Shown: positions 16,901 through 24,459 of the stretch, piece by piece
Layout of the letters: each line of letters begins with the position of its first letter
Position numbering within the stretch: position 1 is the stretch's first letter
Assembly (NCBI GenBank): GCA_016205145.1
Contig: JACQJH010000001.1
Span: 30,001-62,000 of the forward strand
Reading direction: 5' to 3'
Source: Candidatus Iainarchaeum sp.
GTDB taxonomy: Archaea; Iainarchaeota; Iainarchaeia; Iainarchaeales; JACQJH01
Length of the DNA stretch: 32,000 nt
The notes under the pieces: model-generated
Told to the model about the DNA's origin: nothing
The model's database searches: none
What the model saw: only the letters and a program-made list of their open reading frames with translations
Position numbers and translations under genes: made by a program

Positions 16901-17406
16901 AGCAGCGCCTTGAAAAAAAAGAGCAGTACAGCGGCATCCTGTTTTCGCATGACACCAGCGTTTTCGACGCCGGGCCATCCTCTTCAAAATACGTGCAGCT
17001 TGGCAGCATGGAGGACAAGATCAAGGCGCAGGCGCGCGTCCAGAACATGATTGTTGCGGTTGACGGCAAAGACGCATTGGAGAGAGTTATGTTCTCGCAT
17101 TTCCTGCCCGACATCATCGGCAACGCGCGCGCGTTTTCAAGGCAGACCTTCCGCTGCACGAATTGCAATACCAAATACCGGAGAATCCCGCTGTCCGGCA
17201 ATTGCAACAAGTGCGCGAAAGGCAACATCATCCTGACAATCGCACAGGGCTCGGTCAGGAAATACCTGAAAATCGCCAAGGAAATTGTCGTAACGTACGG
17301 CCTGAGCGATTACCTGAAACAGCGCCTTGACCTGGTCGAAGAAGAAATAGACTCGGTCTTCAAGAACGAGAAAGTGCAGCAGAAAGGATTGTTTGAATTC
17401 GTATGA
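13945..17406 (+). CDS. dp2: DNA polymerase D large subunit (DP2), no intein apparent
   Basis: About 1153 aa counted from ATG 13945. Typical DP2 blocks: [59 protein letters not shown]. Cys clusters: [10 protein letters not shown].KC and C-terminal CTNCN...CNKC. Confidence 0.9.
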   Translation: [1153 protein letters not shown]

Positions 17407-17457
17407 ATGCCAAGATAAAATTGAAATACTTCTAGCGAATAATGGTAAATACTTGAG

Positions 17458-18045
17458 ATGATTGTTTTGTCAAAAAATGATAAAAAAATTTCTTTGCAGG
17501 ATGATGAAAAACTTATATTGCCAAACGGAAAAAAAGAATATTACTTTGCTAAAGGTGGCAAAAAGATGCATTTGCACGGTATCGAAGAAGAACACCCGGA
17601 CGGAAAAACAATTATAAAGAACATAATAACCGATGAAACTAAGCCGCTTGGAGACACCATGAGACACCCAATTGAAATAACCGCAAAATACAATAAGAAC
17701 GAAACCGTTAGCGACTATCTAAAAGATGAATATCTATTGTCGGAAGACCGTTTGTCAGATAAAAAAATTTTTGTGCTCTCTAAAAATCAAACCGGCAGTT
17801 TTGAGTCAGCTTTAAATGTCATAAGCGGTGGAACAACTCTTCGTAATAATTATGTTGTGCTTGGCACTGATTTCATTAACAACAACTTTGCGAGCGGGGT
17901 TATAAAATCAGACGATAGACTTTTTATTGTTCTGGCGAAAGAAAAAAAATATTTCAAGATAGACTTGATGTTTTTTTGCAAAAAGTATGGCTTAAATTAT
18001 TCGCAAAGGAGAATATTTAAGAATAAAATTAAGTCTAAGCTATAA
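17458..18045 (+). CDS. Orphan Lys/Asn-rich protein encoded in a low-GC island
   Basis: A 195-aa ORF stays open in very AT-rich DNA, where stop codons should be frequent. No recognisable motif, signal peptide or TM segment. Confidence 0.6.
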   Translation: MIVLSKNDKKISLQDDEKLILPNGKKEYYFAKGGKKMHLHGIEEEHPDGKTIIKNIITDETKPLGDTMRHPIEITAKYNKNETVSDYLKDEYLLSEDRLSDKKIFVLSKNQTGSFESALNVISGGTTLRNNYVVLGTDFINNNFASGVIKSDDRLFIVLAKEKKYFKIDLMFFCKKYGLNYSQRRIFKNKIKSKL

Positions 18046-18078
18046 TCTAACCAAAATACTGATTCAGAAAATCAATGT

Positions 18079-19347
18079 CTAGTACTGCACTCCGCCGAAG
18101 ATTTCGATTTCCAAAGCGTCCTTGATTTTTTTCGCGTCAAAGCCCAGCTTTATCAACCGGGTCGTTCCGCGGATGCCTTTTCCCGACATTGTCGAGACGA
18201 TCAGGCCGAACATTTCCAGTTCGGAAATATACTGGCGGTACCAGCGCGAACTCACAACGGTTTCCTTCAGCTGCTTGGCTATTCCGACGTATTCGTTGTA
18301 GACGTCTCCGGAAAACATCACGCTTTCGTTTTCCTCGCCCGTAATCTTTCTGACCCCGCTTTTCCTGCGCGCCAGCCTCGCAATCGAATACAGGACAAGC
18401 TGCTGCTGCCTCGGCAGGGTTGAAATCATGTTGAGTATGACTTCTTCCTCGACCTTTTTTTTCGCCTGCTTGACTTCCTCTTCCGTAACGTGGCCGACGC
18501 CTTTCTTGTCCGCAATTTCGCCGGCGCGCAAGAGCAGCATTACCGCAGTGCGCGCGTCCCCCGATTCCTTTGCCGCAATCGCCGAGGCAAGGCTTATGGC
18601 GGAATCCTCAACGGAGTTTTCCCTGAACGCTACCTTCGCCCTTTCGGATAGTATTTCTTTCAGTTCCTGGGCGTTGTAAGCCGGAAAAACGATTTCCTGC
18701 TCGCACAAAGAGCTCTTGCTTCTCGGATCAAGGCGGTCCTTGAACATCAGGTTGTTTGAAATGCCTATAAGGGAAACCGCGCCGCTTTCAAGTTCGTCAT
18801 TGCACCTTGTCAGAGAATAAATCAGGTCATCCAGGTCTTTCAGCTTGTCGATTTCATCCAACGCCATTACAACGACGCATTTTTTTGTCTGCGCGAATTC
18901 GAGGAGTTTTTCGTAAACGAAAGTTGCGGAGTAACCCATGAAATTGTCGTTCGGGTAAAAATCCTTGATTGCTTTCAGCAGAACCTTGTATTTGGAGTTA
19001 TGCGTCCTGCAGTTGATGTAACAGGTCTGTATTCCGGAATTGTCAGAAGTGCCTTTGCCTTCCGCGTTTTTTTTGGCGAACTCCGCCAAATCCTTCAAAA
19101 CATGCCTTGCAGTGGAAGTCTTGCCCGCGCCGGTCTTTCCGTAGATGAAAAGGTTGTCCGGCTTTTTTCCGCCGAGCGCCACTCCCAGAACGGTGGTCAT
19201 GGTTTTTATCTGCTCGTCCCTGAACAGGATGTGGTCAGGCGTGTAATGCGGCGTTATCTTGTCCCTGTCAAGGAAAACGCTTTGCCTGTTGGCTTCCTGC
19301 TCGAATAAGTTCTGCTCCAAAAACCCACCAAACAACCTTTCCTGCAC
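18079..19347 (-). CDS. cdc6: Orc1/Cdc6 replication initiator
   Basis: Walker A YGKTGAGKTS, Walker B MALDEIDKL, sensor regions and a C-terminal winged helix. GTG start at 19347, with TTG alternatives a few codons downstream. Confidence 0.9.
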   Translation of the reverse strand: MQERLFGGFLEQNLFEQEANRQSVFLDRDKITPHYTPDHILFRDEQIKTMTTVLGVALGGKKPDNLFIYGKTGAGKTSTARHVLKDLAEFAKKNAEGKGTSDNSGIQTCYINCRTHNSKYKVLLKAIKDFYPNDNFMGYSATFVYEKLLEFAQTKKCVVVMALDEIDKLKDLDDLIYSLTRCNDELESGAVSLIGISNNLMFKDRLDPRSKSSLCEQEIVFPAYNAQELKEILSERAKVAFRENSVEDSAISLASAIAAKESGDARTAVMLLLRAGEIADKKGVGHVTEEEVKQAKKKVEEEVILNMISTLPRQQQLVLYSIARLARRKSGVRKITGEENESVMFSGDVYNEYVGIAKQLKETVVSSRWYRQYISELEMFGLIVSTMSGKGIRGTTRLIKLGFDAKKIKDALEIEIFGGVQY

Positions 19348-19385
19348 AAAACTTAAAAAAAGGGCAATGGTCTCCGGAGCTTCCG

Positions 19386-19399
19386 CTATTTTTTTAAAC
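19386..19399. promoter_or_regulatory. Shared AT-rich TATA-like element in the 73-nt cdc6 / orphan divergent spacer
   Basis: ctatttttttaaac is centred about 28 nt upstream of ATG 19421 (leaderless on +) and about 45 nt upstream of the cdc6 GTG on the minus strand. Confidence 0.4.
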
Positions 19400-19420
19400 T
19401 GCGGAAAACACTATGTTTCA

Positions 19421-20710
19421 ATGCCTGAATCCCGCGAAGCCGCACCCGATGAAATCACCGCGGCATGGAACGCAGTTCTGACTGCTTTTAGGAAAGACAA
19501 ACCCGGGCGGAAAGGCAAAGGAATTGGCTGGAACAGTTTTTTTGGCCAACCGCATGTTGCGGGTGCTTTGGGCGTTTTGGGAATGGATGCGCGCTTGGTT
19601 CAGAATTTGCTTGGAAGGCCCGAAGGGCCGCCTAGTGCGGCGGATATTGTAAAGTGGAACACGCATGCAAGGGAACAATTGGCCATAATGCGGCGCGAGG
19701 ACAGACTTCGCGGACTAATTGACGAAAGAAGCGACGCCAACAAAGCTGCCGGTGCAAGTGCAAGGCGCGGCATGGCGCATTTGAGGGAAGCGGAAGCGGC
19801 TGCTTTGGAACGCAGGCATCAGGCTAATGCGGCCGCGTTGGAGGAAAAACGCAGGAAGGATGCGGCAAGCAGGATAACCAACAACAGCCTGATTTTCAAA
19901 TCCGATCTGGATACCTTGGCAAGGCTTTCTTCGCAGTATGTTGATGAACGCGTCGGATTGGGCATTGTGCCGCGAAGCGGAGCGCAAAAACTCAAGGGCG
20001 AACTCGCCGGCTTTTGGCGCAAAGCCCACAATGTAAGCCTCCGCATCAAGCCTGACGCTGACGGCGACAGGCAGATGGCCAACATGATAATTTTGCGCAA
20101 CGGCGACAAGAATGGAACGCCCGTAGGCTTCCTAAAATTCGGGCTGACGAAGACAATGCGGGGTCAGGTTGTCCTGCATTTGTCTGACGCGTTCATTGAG
20201 CCCCAATACCGCATCAGGGGCGGAGAACCGCTTTTTCCTCGGCCCGTTGTCCGGGCATTGCGCGGTATAATAAAAATGGTCAGGGAAACAAACGACCTGC
20301 CCGACTCTGCAGTCGTGCATTTGACGTACGACCCGCGGCTGAGTTCGGCTGGCACAAGAAAAGGAACAGTGGAAACGGTCATGACGCCGCCGCTTTTTTG
20401 GATGGACGAGCCCAAACCGAATGTTTCGGAAAGGGTGCGTGCGATTCGGCTTCACCCTGACCAGAATCTCCCGCTCCCGTTCGACATTTTTGCGCACGCC
20501 GCACCAAGCGGCATTCCTACTTTGAGGGAGCGCACGGGTGTGAGCCATACAAATCCGGCGGTTGACAGGGGCTTTGGCATTAATCCCAATCCACAGGGCG
20601 CCGGCAATATTTTAGGCGCGTCTAACGGGCCGTCAAGCCTGAATCGGAACCCCGGCCGCGGGCAAAAGGGTAACATGGGAAAGCGCGGCGGCGGGGGCAG
20701 AAGAAGATAA
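19421..20710 (+). CDS. Orphan 430-aa protein with an Ala/Arg/Glu helical segment and a Gly/Arg-rich C-terminal tail
   Basis: Long uninterrupted ORF. ATG 19421 is chosen because the upstream in-frame part (19259-19420) overlaps cdc6 and the promoter spacer. The protein ends in GRGQKGNMGKRGGGGRRR. Confidence 0.65.
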   Translation: MPESREAAPDEITAAWNAVLTAFRKDKPGRKGKGIGWNSFFGQPHVAGALGVLGMDARLVQNLLGRPEGPPSAADIVKWNTHAREQLAIMRREDRLRGLIDERSDANKAAGASARRGMAHLREAEAAALERRHQANAAALEEKRRKDAASRITNNSLIFKSDLDTLARLSSQYVDERVGLGIVPRSGAQKLKGELAGFWRKAHNVSLRIKPDADGDRQMANMIILRNGDKNGTPVGFLKFGLTKTMRGQVVLHLSDAFIEPQYRIRGGEPLFPRPVVRALRGIIKMVRETNDLPDSAVVHLTYDPRLSSAGTRKGTVETVMTPPLFWMDEPKPNVSERVRAIRLHPDQNLPLPFDIFAHAAPSGIPTLRERTGVSHTNPAVDRGFGINPNPQGAGNILGASNGPSSLNRNPGRGQKGNMGKRGGGGRRR

Positions 20711-20717
20711 TTTTTTT
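20711..20717 (+). terminator. Oligo-T tract (T7) immediately after the stop codon
   Basis: taaTTTTTTTgtg directly follows the stop at 20710. Confidence 0.4.
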
Positions 20718-20824
20718 GTGCATACTTGTTTTTCACGGCGGCCGAGGCTGATTTTTCAGCCCCGACAACAATATTATTAAAATACCCTTCGCGGACGTGA
20801 ATATACTTAATGGCTTTTTTCTTT

Positions 20825-20832
20825 GGGGTGAT
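20825..20832 (+). promoter_or_regulatory. Shine-Dalgarno-like GGGGTGAT upstream of sepF
   Basis: Complementary to the conserved archaeal 16S 3' end. It lies 5 nt before ATG 20838. Confidence 0.45.
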
Positions 20833-20837
20833 TGTGG

Positions 20838-21191
20838 ATGGCTTTTTTGGAGAATGTTTTCAAGAAATCTGAGGGAATCGACATAGAGGATTTTCTCAAC
20901 AACCTTGACGCGCAGGAAGAGGACCTTTACGCGGACGCTGATGCGTTCGTGAAGCCCTTGTCCCTGGTCGGCGACGAGGACGTCGAACTGATTGTCAAGG
21001 AAGCGAAGGACGGCAACATAGTGCTTTTGAACATCGCCGACCTTTCCAAGCGCAATGCAATGAAACTGAAGCAGCTCATCGGCTCGGTCCGCGACTCCGT
21101 GCTTGAAATAAACGGCGACATTGCAAGAATTTCTGAAGACAGGGTCCTGATCACGCCGAGCAACGTCAAGATCATGAAGGCCCGAAGATAA
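20838..21191 (+). CDS. sepF: SepF-like cell division protein (DUF552)
   Basis: N-terminal amphipathic MAFLENVFKK (membrane-targeting helix). The core reads V.PL.L....D...I...AKDGNIVLLNIADL....A..L...I......E.NGDIARIS.DR.LITP..VKI. Confidence 0.8.
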   Translation: MAFLENVFKKSEGIDIEDFLNNLDAQEEDLYADADAFVKPLSLVGDEDVELIVKEAKDGNIVLLNIADLSKRNAMKLKQLIGSVRDSVLEINGDIARISEDRVLITPSNVKIMKARR

Positions 21192-21195
21192 GCGC

Positions 21196-21963
21196 GTGTT
21201 GGAATTGCTTTCACAGTTGCATTGGCTTCCCGAAAAGGTTTCCCGGGAAGCCGCAATTGAGTCCGTGCGCAGGGTTTTTCTGGCGAAGGGCTGGGACAAG
21301 GCTCATTTTTCCGTTTCAGAAGCGGTTTTGTCCCGACCCGAATTCGTTTTTTTTGTTTTCGACGCTTTTCTTGAAACCCAGACCGCTAAAGGCAAAATTG
21401 TTTCCGACACAATGCGCAATGACATGGCATTGTCATTGCCATCCCTTTCAGTTGACAACAACGCGGCTGTTTCCATCCGGTCAGACTATTCCTCTCTTTC
21501 GGCCAGGAAGCTTGAACGCCTTCCCGCAGGCCTTGAAGGGTTTGATGAGAAAAAGCTTGAGCGCTTGTGCGTCCTGAAAGCGGCCGCTGAACTTGGGGTC
21601 GAGGAACGCAATGTAATTGTTTCATCCGTCAAAATCGTTTCAATTCCTTATTGGAGTGTCGGGGCTTCACTTCCGGGCGGGGGCCTTGACGCAGATGTTT
21701 CGGCTTTTTCCGGAAAAATACTGTCGGGCTTTTCCGTTCCGGACAGGCCCGTGGGCGTGGTTGAATCGGCTTCCGAAACAATTGCCGGATTGTCCTCTCC
21801 GCAGGGTTTGGCAGAGCATGCCTCGGAGTTCTTCGACGAAGCCGTGCTGGTTGTGTCCGGCAAAAAAAGCCTTGAATCGGCTTTCGGAAAGGAATTTTTC
21901 CCGGTTCTCCTTGCAATTGTTGCGGCAGTGCTGTTTGTCGCGTTCTTTGTTCTGGGCCTATGA
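21196..21963 (+). CDS. Orphan tail-anchored protein immediately downstream of sepF
   Basis: GTG start 4 nt after the sepF stop. A soluble part of about 225 aa is followed by a terminal TM segment (FFPVLLAIVAAVLFVAFFVLGL) at the extreme C-terminus. Confidence 0.6.
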   Translation: MLELLSQLHWLPEKVSREAAIESVRRVFLAKGWDKAHFSVSEAVLSRPEFVFFVFDAFLETQTAKGKIVSDTMRNDMALSLPSLSVDNNAAVSIRSDYSSLSARKLERLPAGLEGFDEKKLERLCVLKAAAELGVEERNVIVSSVKIVSIPYWSVGASLPGGGLDADVSAFSGKILSGFSVPDRPVGVVESASETIAGLSSPQGLAEHASEFFDEAVLVVSGKKSLESAFGKEFFPVLLAIVAAVLFVAFFVLGL

Positions 21964-22011
21964 CCTTGCAGTGAAAGGCGTTCAATCGGGCTTTTGCTTG
22001 CTGCAGGTTTT

Positions 22012-24459
22012 TCAGTTTTCACAGAGCAGGCTTGCCCCGATTTCAGCATCCTTTATTGCCGCGAGGTCTTCCTTGAACGGTTCGGGGTTCCACCAGATGC
22101 CAACGCTTCCAGTCTCGTATGAAACGCACGCCCTGCCTTCCCTGACGCGCCCGAAAATTTCCTTGAGCGTTGCGCCGGACCCCATTCCTGAAAGCGGTAG
22201 AGCCTGCACGTTTTCCTCTCCACCCAGGCCGAAGAACGCCATGCCAGAGCCGTTGCAGGCGTTCTGCACGGAATAGTTTCCTGACAGCGGCGAAAAGAAA
22301 ACGCTTTGCAGGAACAGCCTGTGCGCCAGTACGTTTTTCCAGGCGAACCCGAATGCGTTTTGGCTTTGCAGGCAAGTCCTGTTTTCGGCTTTTGAGTCGC
22401 GCCTTTCCCTGAAAAGATTGGCGTTGTAGAAGTCCCTGCAGCTGTTAGTCGAACCGATGCCCGTCCAAACAGATGAATAGTCTTTTCCCGCGCCGAGAAT
22501 GTTCGAATCGTTTTGGATGGCGTAGTATGCGACCGCCTCGTTCGCTATTCCGGCTTCAGCATTTGTCGTGCCTATGGCCTGCATTATGGCGGGCGTGGCG
22601 CGCGAGGGCGCAAAGTAAATGCCTGACGGATTCATTTCAAAGAGCAATCCGGCCTTTGAAACGTTTGTAGTGAAAAAGTCGTCTCCGACCGAGCCGGAAA
22701 TCATTTTTCTTGCGCTGATCCTTGTGGCGGCTATCGGAACGTTTCCCGCGAGAACTATCGGAACTTGCGTGTCGTTGGTGAACCCGATGCCATAGTTTTT
22801 CCTTTCGGTTTTTCCGTCCGCATCCGTCCTGTCCGTTCCGACAAGGCCGTTGAAAGGCAGCCTGTAGAACGCATTGTCGGGTGCATCCGATATTTTTGCA
22901 AGCTGCACGTCGATGGTTGATGAAGGCTGGCCGTTGCTGAAGAACGGCTGCGAAACAGGGTAGGCTATTTTCACATGGTATAATCCGGCCTGGATGTTTT
23001 TCTTCTCCGCGGAGTCGGAAACGTCGGTTCTTTCGATTGTAAGTTTTCCTGAACCCGGATCACTGAAATATTTTGTCCAGGGCTTCTGGCTGTCGGCGTA
23101 AAACGCCGGTGTGCCGAAAAAGGAAGCGGAACCATGCGTGTACAAATAATCGAAGTCCTGCCTGAAGTCGTCGCTGTAAAAGTCCTCTATAAGGTACGAG
23201 TCGAATTCGGATTCCGCTGCGGCGTCCGCGTTTTTTCCCTGCGCGATGAGGCCGTCTATGTTCCTCAGCTTTTGCAGTAGTTCGATTGAAAACTGCGCCG
23301 GGTCGCAGTAAACGAACCCGCCTGAATCCTTTTTGTCGCACGCGTCAATGGCTATGTCGTTCCAGTTCCAGCTCAAAAGGATTTTCGGCAGGGCGCTTTC
23401 GCCTGTGAAGCCCGGTTTCCCGTCAGCCGAAACGCATTGCGCGTTTTGCCCGCCTGCCAGAATTTCGACGTGGAATTTCTGCTTTGCAAGGTAGTCAAGG
23501 CGCGCGTCCAGGTTAGGCGATTCGACCCAGTGCCGGCTCAGGTCTCCGCCGGCCGGCCCCGTGACGGACAGCCTGAATTTCGGGCTGATTGCCTGCGGGA
23601 AAGCGTTGGGCCTGCCAATCTCTATTTTCTGCAAGGCTATTGCCCTCTGGCCGGTTTCAAGAGTGAATGGCAACGGCATTCCCTCGAATTCGCAGAAATT
23701 CCCTCCAACGGGGTCGCATGAATCTATTATGACCGGGTTTTTGCTCATGTTCGAGAAAGTCCACGGCACATAAAATGTTTTTGTTTCATCAGCCTTTTCG
23801 AATACGAAATCAGTTTTTTTCGGGCCGGAAATTGCGATTTCGGCAGAGGAAACGAACACGTTCAAGTCTTTTTCCGTCCTCCAGAGCGTCCCGTTGTTGA
23901 GCCGGGCAACCCTTATTTCGACATGGAATTTTCCCGGCGCATAGAAACGGTATGCTTCGAACGTCGCCTGGCCGGAGCACCTTTCTCCCGTTGGGGAAAT
24001 TGCCGAAGGGCCGTAGCAGGAGGAGCCACGGCACGAATATTTGTTGTCTCCGGCAAGGCTCCCGTTCACGAAAACCTGCGCCGGGTGGATTATTTCGGCG
24101 GTCGCGCCGTCGCTGCATGCAAGTATGAAATTGCTTGTCGTAACCCTCAATGCCGTGTTGACGGGAACCTCAATTGAATTGTTTTCAGGGTTTATTGCGG
24201 CATCAATGCCTGCGCCCAATGTTCCATCGTCGCTGATTGACAGGAATTCCGTTGTAACCTCGAAGTCCTGGGTTTCCTCCGAGCACATGCAATGCTCCGA
24301 CCATGTCGGGCAGGTTGCGGTGATGCCTGCCTGCGTGCACTGCGCCTGCGCCGACTCAAGCGTGCAGTTGTTTGAGGCGTCAACAGTTGCCGTGGCTACA
24401 AAAAACAGAACCGAAAGGAATAGCACGGCTAAGATTGCCTGCTTATGCTTCAAGGTCAT
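22012..24459 (-). CDS. Secreted Cys-containing protein of about 815 aa, family unknown, no membrane anchor (third gene of the surface operon)
   Basis: Signal peptide MTLKHKQAILAVLFLSVLFFVATATVDA from ATG 24459, with alternative ATG 24477. The longer track ORF to 24771 is a basic, non-protein-like read-through into the upstream gene. The start overlaps the upstream stop. Confidence 0.75.
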   Translation of the reverse strand: MTLKHKQAILAVLFLSVLFFVATATVDASNNCTLESAQAQCTQAGITATCPTWSEHCMCSEETQDFEVTTEFLSISDDGTLGAGIDAAINPENNSIEVPVNTALRVTTSNFILACSDGATAEIIHPAQVFVNGSLAGDNKYSCRGSSCYGPSAISPTGERCSGQATFEAYRFYAPGKFHVEIRVARLNNGTLWRTEKDLNVFVSSAEIAISGPKKTDFVFEKADETKTFYVPWTFSNMSKNPVIIDSCDPVGGNFCEFEGMPLPFTLETGQRAIALQKIEIGRPNAFPQAISPKFRLSVTGPAGGDLSRHWVESPNLDARLDYLAKQKFHVEILAGGQNAQCVSADGKPGFTGESALPKILLSWNWNDIAIDACDKKDSGGFVYCDPAQFSIELLQKLRNIDGLIAQGKNADAAAESEFDSYLIEDFYSDDFRQDFDYLYTHGSASFFGTPAFYADSQKPWTKYFSDPGSGKLTIERTDVSDSAEKKNIQAGLYHVKIAYPVSQPFFSNGQPSSTIDVQLAKISDAPDNAFYRLPFNGLVGTDRTDADGKTERKNYGIGFTNDTQVPIVLAGNVPIAATRISARKMISGSVGDDFFTTNVSKAGLLFEMNPSGIYFAPSRATPAIMQAIGTTNAEAGIANEAVAYYAIQNDSNILGAGKDYSSVWTGIGSTNSCRDFYNANLFRERRDSKAENRTCLQSQNAFGFAWKNVLAHRLFLQSVFFSPLSGNYSVQNACNGSGMAFFGLGGEENVQALPLSGMGSGATLKEIFGRVREGRACVSYETGSVGIWWNPEPFKEDLAAIKDAEIGASLLCEN

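Noticed and set aside
13945-17406. Intein in the PolD large subunit
   Set aside because: The length of about 1153 aa is within the normal intein-free range. Conserved DP2 blocks follow one another without an inserted Cys/Ser...His-Asn splicing module.
17407-18078. Low-GC island as an insertion sequence or integrated provirus
   Set aside because: It contains no transposase, integrase, terminal inverted repeats or adjacent tRNA. Only a weak 7-nt AAATACT recurrence flanks the ORF. It is reported as a compositional island with an orphan gene, not as a defined mobile element.
19348-19420. Replication origin in the spacer upstream of orc1/cdc6
   Set aside because: The spacer is only 73 nt. It contains two short AT-rich TATA-like tracts but no inverted ORB-like repeats or extended unwinding element. 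This is too small for a classical archaeal origin.
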